Positions 22,970 to 34,780 of a stretch of DNA of 34,780 nt are shown here, piece after piece. The notes under the pieces were generated by a model. That model was given only the letters and a program-made list of their open reading frames with translations. It was not told the DNA's origin and did no database searches. How positions within the stretch are numbered: the first letter of the stretch is position 1; every line of letters starts with the position of its first letter. A program made the position numbers and the translations under genes. Where the stretch lies: the NCBI RefSeq assembly GCF_001194135.2, contig NC_068982.1:56619718-56654497 (forward strand), written 5' to 3'. The stretch is from Octopus bimaculoides (Eukaryota).

Positions 22970-24146
22970 CTGCGACTGATAGTAGAGTTAATAGACCAAG
23001 GAAAAGCAGTAGAAGGCGCTGGGGTTGCCAGGCAACCGTTTGCCGACATGAGGCGATGGTGGTGGTGAGAGAGGAGGACAGATTTGCGGACAAACTGGCA
23101 AATAGACGAGGCTTGGTCAACAGCAGCGAACACAACGCTGACAGCACTGATGACAACGTCGACGACGGCGACGACGACGATGATTGAGATGACAACCCAG
23201 GAAAGAAGGTTGTTGCTGTCGTCGTTAGGGGTGGTGGTGGTGGTGGTGATGATGACGATGACGCCAGTGAAATATTTTCGGTATATTTTTTTTTATCTTC
23301 CAACGCTGGAGAGTTAGAAAAGGTTTTGTTATTGATTGTTGTTGTTGTTGTTGTTGTGGCAGCTGTTATCGTCGTCGTCGTCGTCGCCGCAAGATCCGAT
23401 GCACCAGGACAGCAAGTGTTTTTACAGCGAGTTGCAGGGAAGAAAGAGTTAGGAGATTTCAACGAGTTTTTGTCCGGTTCCGACATAAAATGTGGCGATA
23501 GTGGTAACGATTTTAATGAAAGTGTTGATAATGATGATCGTGGCGGTGGTGGTGGTGGTGGTGATGATGATGTATGCAATAACAATCCTCCTCCGTCTAC
23601 GGTTCGCATCTCCTTGGAGACGCCGCTGAACTGTGACGCATCAGCAGGGACAGAACAGCCAGCGGGAGCTTTCCCAGAGTCATTGGAGTAAGAAGGACAG
23701 CAACAACAGTACTGTACGGTGCTGGATTCACAGTTGGGGGCAAAACCCCGAAAGGAGAGGAGAGACGCCGTTGGTTTTACAGTAGTGCGTCGCTCGCTCT
23801 TTAAGTTTGCAGATATCACAGTCGGTGAGATGTGGTGGAACTTTGACGATTGTGTTGTTGGTGAACATTTTACTACGGTTGTCTGTCCGCTGTCAGTAAA
23901 AGACGACAGAGACTCGGCCAGCAAGTCCTTGGAAACCGGTGTGATGGCCGACGACTGATTGTTCATTAACTGATGTCCAGAAGGAAAAGACTGAGCTCTG
24001 ATAGGAGCCACGCTGGTCATCACCGGCATAACAAGGTCGACTGTTCTTTCTGTGTAGGCCATCGGAGGAACGACCGAAAGCATTGTTCTGTTGCGAATAT
24101 CTCGCAATTGGTGACAGTAGTGATGACTACAGGAGCACCCCTCCAT
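22970..24146 (-). CDS. Probable first coding exon of an unidentified secreted/membrane protein (long S/T/P-rich leader plus hydrophobic segment; continues after a phase-1 intron)
   Basis: This is the only long non-microsatellite ORF. The track start at 24167 is TTG; the first true ATG is at 24146, with an in-frame TAA upstream at 24213-24215. The frame stays open for 392 codons to ...QRLLLLFLGLLTLLSVA-G, then GCAG|GTAAGT (intron starts at 22969, phase 1). The remaining 56 ORF residues read into AT-rich intron-like sequence. The segment is more GC-rich than its flanks and free of SINEs. I recognise no domain. Confidence 0.7.
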
Positions 24147-26117
24147 CCCTTTCCAGACATTAGTCAACGAATGTGAAGGGTGGAAAATAGTTTCGAACGT
24201 AGTATGTATGTCTTACGTCCACAAATTCGCAGAAAAATGACGAATCTATGAACAAGTGTCGAACACAGATTACACACGCACACAAATTATATTATTTTCA
24301 TGGAGCTGAATGATTGAGGCTAGTAGCTTATTACATTTCAACTGCTTGGTGGTTGTTGATGAAAATGGAAAGAAATCCAGTATAAATAGTGACAAATATA
24401 GCACTTGTTACAAGAGACACGATAAAGATAGTTGTCAGATAGTTGCAATATTACTGACGTGGCTAGTGATGATGGCGATTATGATAATTGTGATTAAAGA
24501 ATGTGTGAAATAATGCTTAATCTATCTTCTTAGCACTTGTAAGTCCAAGCTATTGGCCATATGTGTCGAAACTGTCAGCTGGTCATCCGTCCGTTTGTCT
24601 TGTCCGACTACTGGACACAACTGTTCACAGCAAACAGTCAGAGGTTAATAGATTTTATCGACAGGATTTCTTTTACTTCAAGTATGCAGGCTGCTAATTC
24701 CGAAAATAAGCGCTGACCGGAGTGATCGTGAACAGATTTCTATTCTGTTGGCACGAAGCAAGAATTTCCAAACAAGCAAACTGCTACTACCACTACTAAT
24801 AAGCAAGCACAGCTGCCGATCCGCCAATAAAGTTACCATCAAAAGAAATTCCTTAAATACATCCACACATGCGTATACGCAAATGTAGCCTTGCTTTGTT
24901 GATAGGATTAACTTCTCGTAAGTCTCAGGACACACGTGGGTGAATATATGTAGGCATGAGACAGCTGTGAAAGTTGTGAAAGACAATTAGCTCAAAAGTA
25001 ACTGTAATGCTAGGCAAATAAATTCTTCAATAAACTGTAATCCACTCGAAGAACAAGTTTTGTAAATACCGATAATTGTGCAACGTGGGTTATTGTGTTT
25101 TCTTATTGTTCAAAAATATAGGTGTATGTTGAAATAACACTACTAAAATATGATAAATAAATTAATAACCCGAGCAGTTTAATTTCCTTGAAACTGGTAT
25201 AACTCGCTTTGATTACAACGTGTGGTTTAAGTTGTAATAGTTATTCGTTGTCGTGTCAGTGGTATTGGTTTGGTGTTAAACAGCCGACTAGTCAGATGAC
25301 GGATAATATACACTTTTAGGTCCTGGAAGAGAAAGAAAACAAACGATAAGAATGATTCAAAGGTATATGAATAAATAACAGAATGGTCAGCAGGAGTTAG
25401 GATCAGCTCCTGCTTAGAAAACTGGCCCCTACCATTATTACTTGCAATCACTATCGTTCATACACCCACTACAACTTGCATCGAAATTAAGGGAACAAAG
25501 GGCTAGTTAAATAACAGAGACCAGTTGTCAAGTCTAGACTCATGTCAGCTGTGATTAAGAAAGGTTCCAGTTAATTTTTCTTCTGACAGTGTGCTGTGCG
25601 TGTGCTATCCGTACCGCTCTGTAGGACGGTAGGTGATTGAATAGATTTGGTTGCTATTTCTAAACCAGCAGGTTTCTTAACCTGCTTTTCAGTATACCTC
25701 CTTTACCAGTTCACCCTACTACATATATTACAATGAAAAATAATTTTAAAAAAAGGTAGTCTTGCATACAACAACCTATATTACATTACCAGTCTTTTAT
25801 ATGAAGTTAACATTAGCATCCTTAAAAATCAAACATTAAGAAGTATAAATCTAAACAACATCACTGTAAATAATGATAAAAAATATACCCCCTCCGCCGC
25901 CCAGAATACTCAAATCTTCCCCTGGAATTCTGAAATTTCTCTCCAGGGAGAAATTTTCCCTTCAGTTAAAAATTGCGGTACTACATAGACAAGCGACCTA
26001 AGTTGGCTCGCTCTGTTATAAATACAGTTGAAAAAAAATTTGGTAAATAAGCACATAAAAAAAATAAGAATAAACGATTTCAAGAAAGTCAGCGGAGCAT
26101 AACATTGTGACACTTAC

Positions 26118-26367
26118 TTCTTCTGAAAGGACCCCCACCACAACCAGTTGGAAACATTAGGTATTTCAGCTCAACTTGCACACACGCACACAGACACACA
26201 CACACACACACACGCTAGCTAACATAACTAGCGAACCTCTAAACGCTCGCTCAACTTACATAATAACAGCAACAAAACCTCTCAGAGCAGACTCCGCCGA
26301 AGGACACTTTCGAAACGTGGTCTTCGATGTATTGTCTGGTGAAGAAGATAATACATGCTGACCGTAA
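26118..26367 (-). other. Candidate upstream non-coding (5' UTR) exon
   Basis: On the minus strand, acceptor-like GTTTTTTTTCCCAG| precedes 26367 and donor GAA|GTAAGT follows 26118. Same strand as the coding exon and about 2 kb upstream. Based on splice motifs only. Confidence 0.3.
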
Positions 26368-26749
26368 CTGGGAAAAAAACTTTTGATTCTGTGCTCGACT
26401 GGGGTCAACTTGGCTCTTAACAAGCTTTGTTTATTATTATTATTATTATTAATTTAATAGTCTACTGAACCGATTAAGCTCATTGAAATAAAACGCTAAT
26501 CTCCCAGAAACCCGAAAGAAATTGAATTAAGAAGAGGATTGTACAATTTCGCTGTATAATTCATGGAGCTCAAAGTTTGCCTTTCTATTCCCTCCCCTCT
26601 AAACTAACCTCTCCCCACCAAAATAAAAAAAAATACACAGACAAAAACACAAACTATATCTCAACTAATTTCTCTGCGATTCGATTCGAAATAATTTTAT
26701 ATTTAAATACAACAAACCAGGTACATTAAGTAAGCAAATTCATTTCGTT

Positions 26750-26935
26750 AGAAATAGCACCGGAATCTACCTCAAATCATACACTACAACCTCGAGAAAA
26801 GGATGTATGTATAAAAGAATGTTGTCCTGCAATGAATGCATTACCTAAACATTAGAATGTTAAAACTGGAAATAACTTTGATCATCGGGCCTGTCCATAC
26901 AGGGCTGACCAAGGGTTAAACAACAACAACAACGT
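26750..26935 (+). mobile_element. Dispersed repeat family C
   Basis: Contains tagaaatagca..aatctacctcaaatcatacactac..aatgttgtcct..tttgatcat..cagggctgaccaagggttaaacaacaacaac. Confidence 0.55.
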
Positions 26936-27165
26936 TTATTGAAACTTATTTTGTTCTTCATAAAACTAAACGTAAACATATATAGGAAGAAGTAAGACCC
27001 CCAATTAGTTATGAATGAGTTTTACTTTTTAGGATGTTAATTAGAGTTGTCAATTAAAATAAAAAGATGAAATAAAAGATAAAGCAAAATAATAATTTTA
27101 TTACAAATTTCATTCACACTACAAACACACTTCACGCTTGTTGTGTTCATTCTGTCCTACCCTTG

Positions 27166-27213
<48 letters not shown>

Positions 27214-27215
<2 letters not shown>

Positions 27216-27625
27216 TGAGAAGCTTGCTTCCCAATCACATGGTTCCGAGTTTAGTCCTACTGCATGGGACTTTGGGCAAGTGTCTTCTATAGCCTTGGAC
27301 CGACCAAAGCCTGGTCAGTGGATTTGGTAAATGGAAACTGAAAGAAGCCCGTCGTATTTATATATACATATATATGTATTCATATATGCAAATGTGTGAG
27401 TGTGTCTTTGTGCATGTGTGTACCCCACTACAGTTTGATACCCAGTCCTGGTGTGTTTACGTTACCATAACTTAGCGATTCGGCTAAAGTCACCGATAGA
27501 ATAAATACCAGGTTTTTTAATAAAGAAAAAAAAACAAGTACGGAGGCCGATACAATCGACCAAAATAACTGAAGGTGGTGCCCCAACATGGCCACAGTCT
27601 AATGACTGAAAACAAGTAAATAAAA
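27214..27625 (+). mobile_element. SINE family B, nearly full length
   Basis: Contains gaagcttgcttcccaatcacatggttccgag..ttgggcaagtgtcttctatagcc..gaaactgaaagaagcccgtcg..gatagaataaatacc..ggtggtgccccaacatggccacagtc..tgactgaaaacaagtaaa. Confidence 0.88.
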
Positions 27626-28484
27626 GGTCTTCCCACTCCCAAATCAAGACTGACATGAATAAACCACACAATGTTAATAATGTAGAGAGAGCCGCAGAGG
27701 ATGATAGCAACAGAATAATTTATTTGCCTCGGGATTAAAAACCTTGCAGCAATACGATGTCTGACAATAACACACACATCTGTCTGTCTCTCTTTTACAC
27801 ACACACACACACAAATTAGTGAACACTTCTGTTTACAAACGAAGGAAAAGTAGTATACAAGAGTAAAAAGTACAGCATGTATATTTTATTAGAAAGTGAA
27901 CCTTATTTTTCATTGTAAATCTTTACTCTGAATTTCACGCTCCCAGATATTATAATCCAGTAGTTCACATACACATCTATAGATGCATGCATGTCTCTCT
28001 GTGTGTGTAAATATATGGCTACAAAGAAAAACATATCTAACTAGATAGTTACTAAAAACAGCAGCAATAAAAAAAAACACAAACTAACCCAGATAAACAA
28101 ATAAAAAGCGAGAAGAAAATCATAAACTCAACAACGAAAACATCCCAAATAGAAATTTTAACACCAGCTAGAAGAACAAGAATGATATAATATGCTGAAC
28201 AGAAGAACAAGGACAGAAGTAGGGGTGCGTGTATGTTTGAATTTGAGTTCCGCCTGCAAAACCTATTTAAAGTAAACAGTACGAGGTGATATATTTTTAG
28301 TGAAACGTTCTGATTTACGGGACGTGTAGCAGTAATAGTAGTAGTAATAGTAGTAGTAGTAGTAGTAGTAGCAGCTTAGTAGTAAGCATTTATAAGTTGT
28401 TGTTGTTGTTTTTTAATTAAACTGGGACATTTCAAGAACACACACACAATCCAACAACAACGGAGGTTCACGAGGAATCGCTTT

Positions 28485-29137
28485 CGTGGTTCCTTTAGCT
28501 ACAAGAAAGAGCAGTCAAATCTCCTTAACATTACACATGCTATCCATCTTTAAAATAAAAACAAAAAGAAAAAAAAACGGGGGGGCGGGTTGGTGATAAC
28601 GTAGTCCTTAGATTAGATATTCAATGTTTGCTCGCAGTTGGAAGATCTTTCGATTAGTTCGGACCTGGATGGAGCTCAACGCTTGATAGCTATTACAAGA
28701 TAAATTTGTAGTCGCTCTTGACCTGCTAGGTAGAAATAGCAGTCAAATCACCGTCAACTTTTCAACCTTTTCAACCTTTTAAAAAAGATAAATGAAAATC
28801 ACATTGGATAGTGAAGTCAGATATACCCTGTTAGGAAAAATAAAAGATGGAAAAAAGACGGTATAGTCACAGCAAGAACGACTTGGATCAATAAGAATTA
28901 ACACAATCAGGGTAGATTTGGGACTACACAAAACAAATCGTTACAGAGGCTATGTAGTGACTCGCCCTACTAGAAATACCAAAGAAATCTCTCTCAACAT
29001 GTTAGGTTAAAAAAAAAATAGGGAACAGGCTGGATAATGTTGTCCTAGATACAGACTGGATTAAAAAGAAGAAGAAAAAAATTACCCGTTGCTTATGGTC
29101 GGATCATACGGGTGTTTGCTCGATAAGACCCGAGACT
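28485..29137 (+). mobile_element. Three tandem same-orientation copies of repeat family C
   Basis: Head motif variants near 28500 (aaagagcagtcaaatc), 28730 (tagaaatagcagtcaaatc) and 28970 (ctagaaatacc..aaatctctctcaa). Each is followed by ggata(a/g)..gtcc/agtc..agat-like sequence. Confidence 0.55.
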
Positions 29138-29163
29138 TTGCATTCACTAAAGGTATATATTAT

Positions 29164-29199
<36 letters not shown>

Positions 29200-30104
29200 T
29201 ATACGCACACATGTAACAGACATGAACAGGTTGAGTGTAAGGGACGAACGCATTGTGTGTCAGTATGATGTCTACAAGATGGATTTTTTAAGGGTGTCAG
29301 GAGCGCGCGAGTGTTTGTATGCGCGCGGATGTGTGTGTGTGTGTGTATTTCTTGTGTTACAGAAATAAGCGGACAAATATCTGAGTCTAACACATGTGTT
29401 GTTATAAAACGGCTGACTTTGAACAAAGTGTATAGGTCAACCACAAAATACACATACGCACACATATTTGTAAACAGTACATTAGTAGAGTTTACGCATA
29501 AAACACAGGTCACTAATAGTTTCGTAGTTTGTAGTAAATGAATTATAAAGTAAGACCATCAAAAATAAAGTACTACACGCACAGACAGACACGCGTTGTG
29601 TTTTTCAAAGTAGTAAAACATGATCGCCACGGTTGGAACAACTTTGTACATAGGTCTCCTCCACCAAGAGATTATGTATTTTATTTACCATCTTGTATTG
29701 GGTTTCATTATATTTTTATGTGCTTTTTTTTCTCTTCGAATGTACAATAAGACAAACTATTTTATGTATGGAGCAGTTTTTATCTCCGTTTGTAAACAGT
29801 GCCCGATCTATCCTGCTATAACATACTTGTTGTGTGAATGTGTGTGTGCATGCTAGTATGTACCGTACATTTATACGAGTAAGCGACAAACCAGTGAAGA
29901 ATAAACAACGATTATAAACAATAGTCATACAGTTCATCCGACAATAGTACGAAAATGATGACAATATTCACCGAGTCATTTATTCCGATATCTCATGTGG
30001 ATGGATATATTGAATTTTTTTAATACACTCATGTTTGTAGTCAAGATAACACACAAATACACAGATCCAGGAAATAAGCTGTAAATTTGGTCGCGCGCGT
30101 GTAA

Positions 30105-30208
<104 letters not shown>

Positions 30209-30611
30209 GAAAACATGAAATGTGTACACATGCGCGCAGCTATCGGTTTGGAAATGGCCTGTAAGCCGGGGAATACAGCTGTGAAATTCCTTGATTGGCG
30301 GTCCTATGCTTAGGACATTCAATTCCATACAATGTATCAATGTATACATTACTTTTCACGTCATTTAAATTTCAATGGATACCCCGACATATTTCGTAGC
30401 CTGTCCCCCGAAAACTCCTTTCATCACTCACTCTAAGAATATTTTTATATTAAAGAATATATATATATGTGTGTGTGTTCCTGTCCATGTGTAAACATAT
30501 AACGCACCGTCAATGTAAAGTATATGTTTAAATTTGTTTTACAGTCTAAAAGTGCATTTATAATGAATAATTAAAATACATGCAGACTTCATTATAAACA
30601 AGAGGCGGAGA

Positions 30612-30663
<52 letters not shown>

Positions 30664-31139
30664 GACAAGTAGGTTTACCTGCTAACAATATATATTTTCT
30701 TCTGTCAGGTTTCCCAGTAATAGTTAAATCATAGTTGAATTACATTCGTTTCCTCCTCATAGTATGAAAATATGTTAAATTATGTATGTGTATACAAGTA
30801 CGCTACTGCGTATGAAAATGTATGGTATATATGTATATGTATTTATGAGTGTGTGCATATACGCATGTAAGAATGGACGTATGTAGAATATATTTTCTGT
30901 GATAGGCTATATATGTATGTATATATATATATTGCTTGTGTGTATATAGGTATTTAGTGAAATACCCGAAGAGAAGTGTATATAATAATGCAAGATTAAC
31001 TTGATATGTTGAATATATATTTATATATTTGTGTGTGGGAGTGTATATATTTATGTGTGAACTGTATATTTTAGTTAGACATTTTTCTCAAATGTTTAGT
31101 AGAGTAGTAATAATTCCCCGTATGGTAAACGTATAACTG

Positions 31140-31620
31140 GCCGGACTGCCTGTGGTAGGACTGAAGAGTTTACAAGAGGGGAAACCGACTAATAACATGC
31201 AGAAGGAAGGGGAGGCAAAGGAGTAGTAGCAATAACGAGAAGGAATGGGGAAAGAAAGAGAAGGTAATATCAACAAGAAAGAGTAGCAGGGGAAGGTATA
31301 AATAATAGAAGTGGAGAGGGAAAGGGAGAGAGAAGTAAAAGAGAAACATTATAGCAAGGATGTTCAGCCTAAGAGGGTGGAGACGGAGGAACTGACATGA
31401 ACCTGTAGCCGTAGCAGTTAAGTAGTATAGAGAGAGAGTGAGGGTGGGACAGAGAGAGAGGTTGAGAGATATAAAGAGTGAGTGAGTGAATGAGAGATAT
31501 AGAGAGTGAAAGAGATACAGGGAGAGCTGTAGGGTGATAGAGATAGTAGGAAGTAGTATAGAGGGAGTGATCAAGGCAGAGAAAGGGAGAGAGAGAGAGA
31601 GAGAATTAGTGAAATAATAA
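31140..31620 (+). repeat. G/A-rich low-complexity tract grading into (GA)n
   Basis: Strong purine bias over about 480 bp. Confidence 0.65.
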
Positions 31621-32173
31621 AGTCATAAATAACAGAAGTAAAAAAAGAACTAAAGAGAACACATACACAATCACACACACAAATATTTATACACACATAC
31701 ATACAATACAACAGACACACGCTTCTATCTGCTCCTCCTACTTTAAATACTCACTCTTTTTATTCTCCCTCTCACACAATATGTGTTTAGATCTCTCCAT
31801 CTCTCTCTTTCTCTCTCACTGTCTCTATGTAGGAGGGAGTAAATCAGTTCAAAACAGTGAGAGGTGGAGTAGGAAAAAGCGAAGGTATGAACGTGTGTGT
31901 ACGTGTGTGCGTGTGAGTTTGTATGTGTGTGTGTGTGTGGCGTGTGTGTGTGTGTGTGTGCGTGTAGTGAAGCGAGAAAGAGTGACACACACACACACAC
32001 ATATGCACACACGCACACACAAAGCCACACACACACACAAAGCCACACACGCATACACACAGACACGCACATATATGCATACACGGGCACACTCGCATAC
32101 ACACACACGAACATACTTATATTCGTGTACATATATACATTTTTTTTTTATTTATATATTTTTTTTATTTATA

Positions 32174-32555
32174 TGTTTCAGCCAAGTGGCTGCGGCCATG
32201 CTGGTGCACCACCTTTAGTCGAGCAAATCGACCCCAGGACTTATTCTTTAGAAGCCTAGTACTTATTCTATCGGTCTCTTTTGCCGAACCGCTAAGTTAC
32301 GGAGACATAAACACACCAGCATCGGTTGTCAAGCGATGTTGGGGGGACAAAGACAGACACACAAACACATACATATATATATACATACATACGACGGGCT
32401 TCTTTCAGTTTCCGTCTACCAAATCCACTCACAAGGCTTTGGTCGGCCCGAGGCTATAGTAGAAGACACTTGCCCAAGATGCCACGCAGTGGGACTGAAC
32501 CCGGGACCATGTGGTTGGTAAGCAAGCTACTTACCACACAGCCACTCCTACGCCT
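32174..32555 (-). mobile_element. SINE family B, full length, young
   Basis: Near-identical to 15128-15522, including shared diagnostic variants. Confidence 0.93.
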
Positions 32556-32570
32556 ATATATATATATATT

Positions 32571-32987
32571 AGACTGCGGCCATGCTGGGGCACCGTCTTG
32601 AATAATTATAATCGAAGGATTCGACTCCAGTACATTTCTTTAACAGTATGAAGCTTATCTGTCGGTCTCTTTTTCCATACTGCTACGTTACGGGGACGTA
32701 AAAACAACAACACCGGTTGTTAAGCGGCGATGCGAAACACACNNNNNNNNNNACGTTACGGGGACGTAAAAACAACAACACCGGTTGTTAAGCGGCGATG
32801 CGAAACACACACACACACACACACACACATACACACACACACACTCACATTCACACAAATCCACATATACATGTATATACATATACGAGGGGCTTCTTTC
32901 AGTTTCCGGCTACCAGATCCACTCACAAGGCTTTATGACGCACAAGACACCATGTAGTGGAACTGAACACGGCACCATGTGGTTGGC
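32571..32987 (-). mobile_element. SINE family B, diverged, spanning a 10-N gap
   Basis: Contains gactgcggccatgctggggcacc..gttacggggacgtaaa..gggcttctttcagtttccgg..ccactcacaaggcttt..gaactgaac..ccatgtggttgg. Confidence 0.75.
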
Positions 32988-32988
32988 A

Positions 32989-33044
<56 letters not shown>

Positions 33045-33172
33045 GCGTGCGCACGCGCAGGTATGCCAGTGAGGTTGAGAAGTTCGCTTTGCAACTATGA
33101 GTTTCCAATTTCGATTCTAATGCCCATCAATTTCGCAGGCGTAAAAACACATTCTTACATACACTCGCATAT

Positions 33173-33223
<51 letters not shown>

Positions 33224-33902
33224 NNNNNNNNNNNNNNNNNNNNNNNNNNNNNNNNNNNNNNNNNNNNNNNNNNNNNNNNNNNNNNNNNNNNNNNNNNNNN
33301 NNNNNNNNNNNNNNNNNNNNNNNNNNNNNNNNNNNNNNNNNNNNNNNNNNNNNNNNNNNNNNNNNNNNNNNNNNNNNNNNNNNNNNNNNNNNNNNNNNNN
33401 NNNNNNNNNNNNNNNNNNNNNNNNNNNNNNNNNNNNNNNNNNNNNNNNNNNNNNNNNNNNNNNNNNNNNNNNNNNNNNNNNNNNNNNNNNNNNNNNNNNN
33501 NNNNNNNNNNNNNNNNNNNNNNNNNNNNNNNNNNNNNNNNNNNNNNNNNNNNNNNNNNNNNNNNNNNNNNNNNNNNNNNNNNNNNNNNNNNNNNNNNNNN
33601 NNNNNNNNNNNNNNNNNNNNNNNNNNNNNNNNNNNNNNNNNNNNNNNNNNNNNNNNNNNNNNNNNNNNNNNNNNNNNNNNNNNNNNNNNNNNNNNNNNNN
33701 NNNNNNNNNNNNNNNNNNNNNNNNNNNNNNNNNNNNNNNNNNNNNNNNNNNNNNNNNNNNNNNNNNNNNNNNNNNNNNNNNNNNNNNNNNNNNNNNNNNN
33801 NNNNNNNNNNNNNNNNNNNNNNNNNNNNNNNNNNNNNNNNNNNNNNNNNNNNNNNNNNNNNNNNNNNNNNNNNNNNNNNNNNNNNNNNNNNNNNNNNNNN
33901 NN

Positions 33903-33949
<47 letters not shown>

Positions 33950-34242
33950 CTGTGAGTTGTTCACATCGCAATAATTCTAACTTCGAGAGAACAAGAAATG
34001 GTTCAGTTTTGGAACGTTGGGTATCGAAGCATATAAGCTATAAATAGTAGCGTATCAATATTCAGTTTAAAAACCCTACAAACCCGGTTCGTGTCCCGAT
34101 GCTCAACCTCCTACCTTTTCTATCCAAGGGGCTGTTCAAACCAAAACTTGTATGCTATTACTGATAGCTTCATCTGCTTCGAGTTCCAATTCTAAAAACT
34201 TATATATAGACATGTGTGTGAATGACATTGTATATTCTGTTA

Positions 34243-34440
34243 TTCTTTTACTTGTTTTAGTCATTTGACTGCGGCCATGCTGGAGCACCGCCTTCAGTCG
34301 AACTAATCGACCCCAGGGCTTATTCCTTGTAAGTCTAGCACTTATTCTATCGGTTTCTTTTGCCGAACCGCTTGATTACGGGGACGTAAACATACCAACA
34401 TCGGTTGTCTAGCAATAGTGGAGGGACAAACACAGACACA
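34243..34440 (-). mobile_element. SINE family B 3' half
   Basis: Contains ttttacttgttttagtcatttgactgcggccatgctggagcaccgcc..ttacggggacgtaaaca..gggacaaacacagacac. Confidence 0.85.
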
Positions 34441-34447
34441 CAAATAC

Positions 34448-34482
<35 letters not shown>

Positions 34483-34502
34483 CACATTATNNNNNNNNNN
34501 AC

Positions 34503-34537
<35 letters not shown>

Positions 34538-34579
34538 CACATTATATATGAGTGTGTGTGTGTGTATATATGTTTCTTC

Positions 34580-34745
34580 TGTTTACGCTCCCTTAACTTT
34601 GCGGTTCGGCAAAAAAGCTCCGATAGACAAACTACCAGTCTTATTTATAAAAAAAAATAAAAGCAGTACTGGGGTCGAATTGCTCGACTAAACTTTTCAA
34701 GGAGGTGCTACAGCATGGCCACATTCTTATGACTGAAACAAGTGA
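34580..34745 (+). mobile_element. SINE family B 3' half (opposite orientation)
   Basis: Contains gtttacgctccc.taact.tgcggttcggcaaaa..gtactggggtcgaattgctcgactaaa..ggtgct.cagcatggccac..tgactgaaacaagt. Confidence 0.8.
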
Positions 34746-34780
34746 CATATAAAACACAAACACACACATGAACATACACA

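Noticed and set aside
22936-24176. Plus-strand ORFs overlapping the exon
   Set aside because: They are antisense shadows of low-complexity coding sequence.
32685-32810. 58-bp direct repeat within a SINE
   Set aside because: The copies flank a 10-N gap (32743-32752), an assembly overlap artefact; the same pattern occurs at 34491-34500.

Overview
This is repeat-dense, AT-rich eukaryotic DNA from a gapped scaffold. N runs lie at 1644-1713, 3097-3745, 13547-13620, 16331-16669, 17405-17414, 19309-19707, 32743-32752, 33224-33902 and 34491-34500. The (TA)n/(CA)n load and the recurring tRNA-derived SINE families match what I recall of octopus (coleoid cephalopod) genomes; this is an inference, not a database result. 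Only one coding segment is well supported: a large minus-strand exon (22970-24146). It encodes about 392 aa of Ser/Thr/Pro-rich low-complexity sequence, ends in a hydrophobic signal/anchor-like segment, and is followed by a canonical phase-1 AG|GTAAGT donor. It looks like the first coding exon of an unidentified secreted or membrane protein, so most of 1-22969 would be its intron. The rest consists of multiple SINE copies (families labelled A, B, C and D by me), CR1/Jockey-like and RTE LINE remnants, small DNA-transposon MITEs, and mini- and microsatellites. Nearly all other ORFs in the track are microsatellite, N-gap or antisense artefacts. I see no CRISPR array, operon or intact transposase. 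The most interesting items are the exon architecture, a MITE with its own empty-site paralogue next to it, a module shared by two SINE families, inverted SINE pairs, and a degenerate repeat-spacer array.
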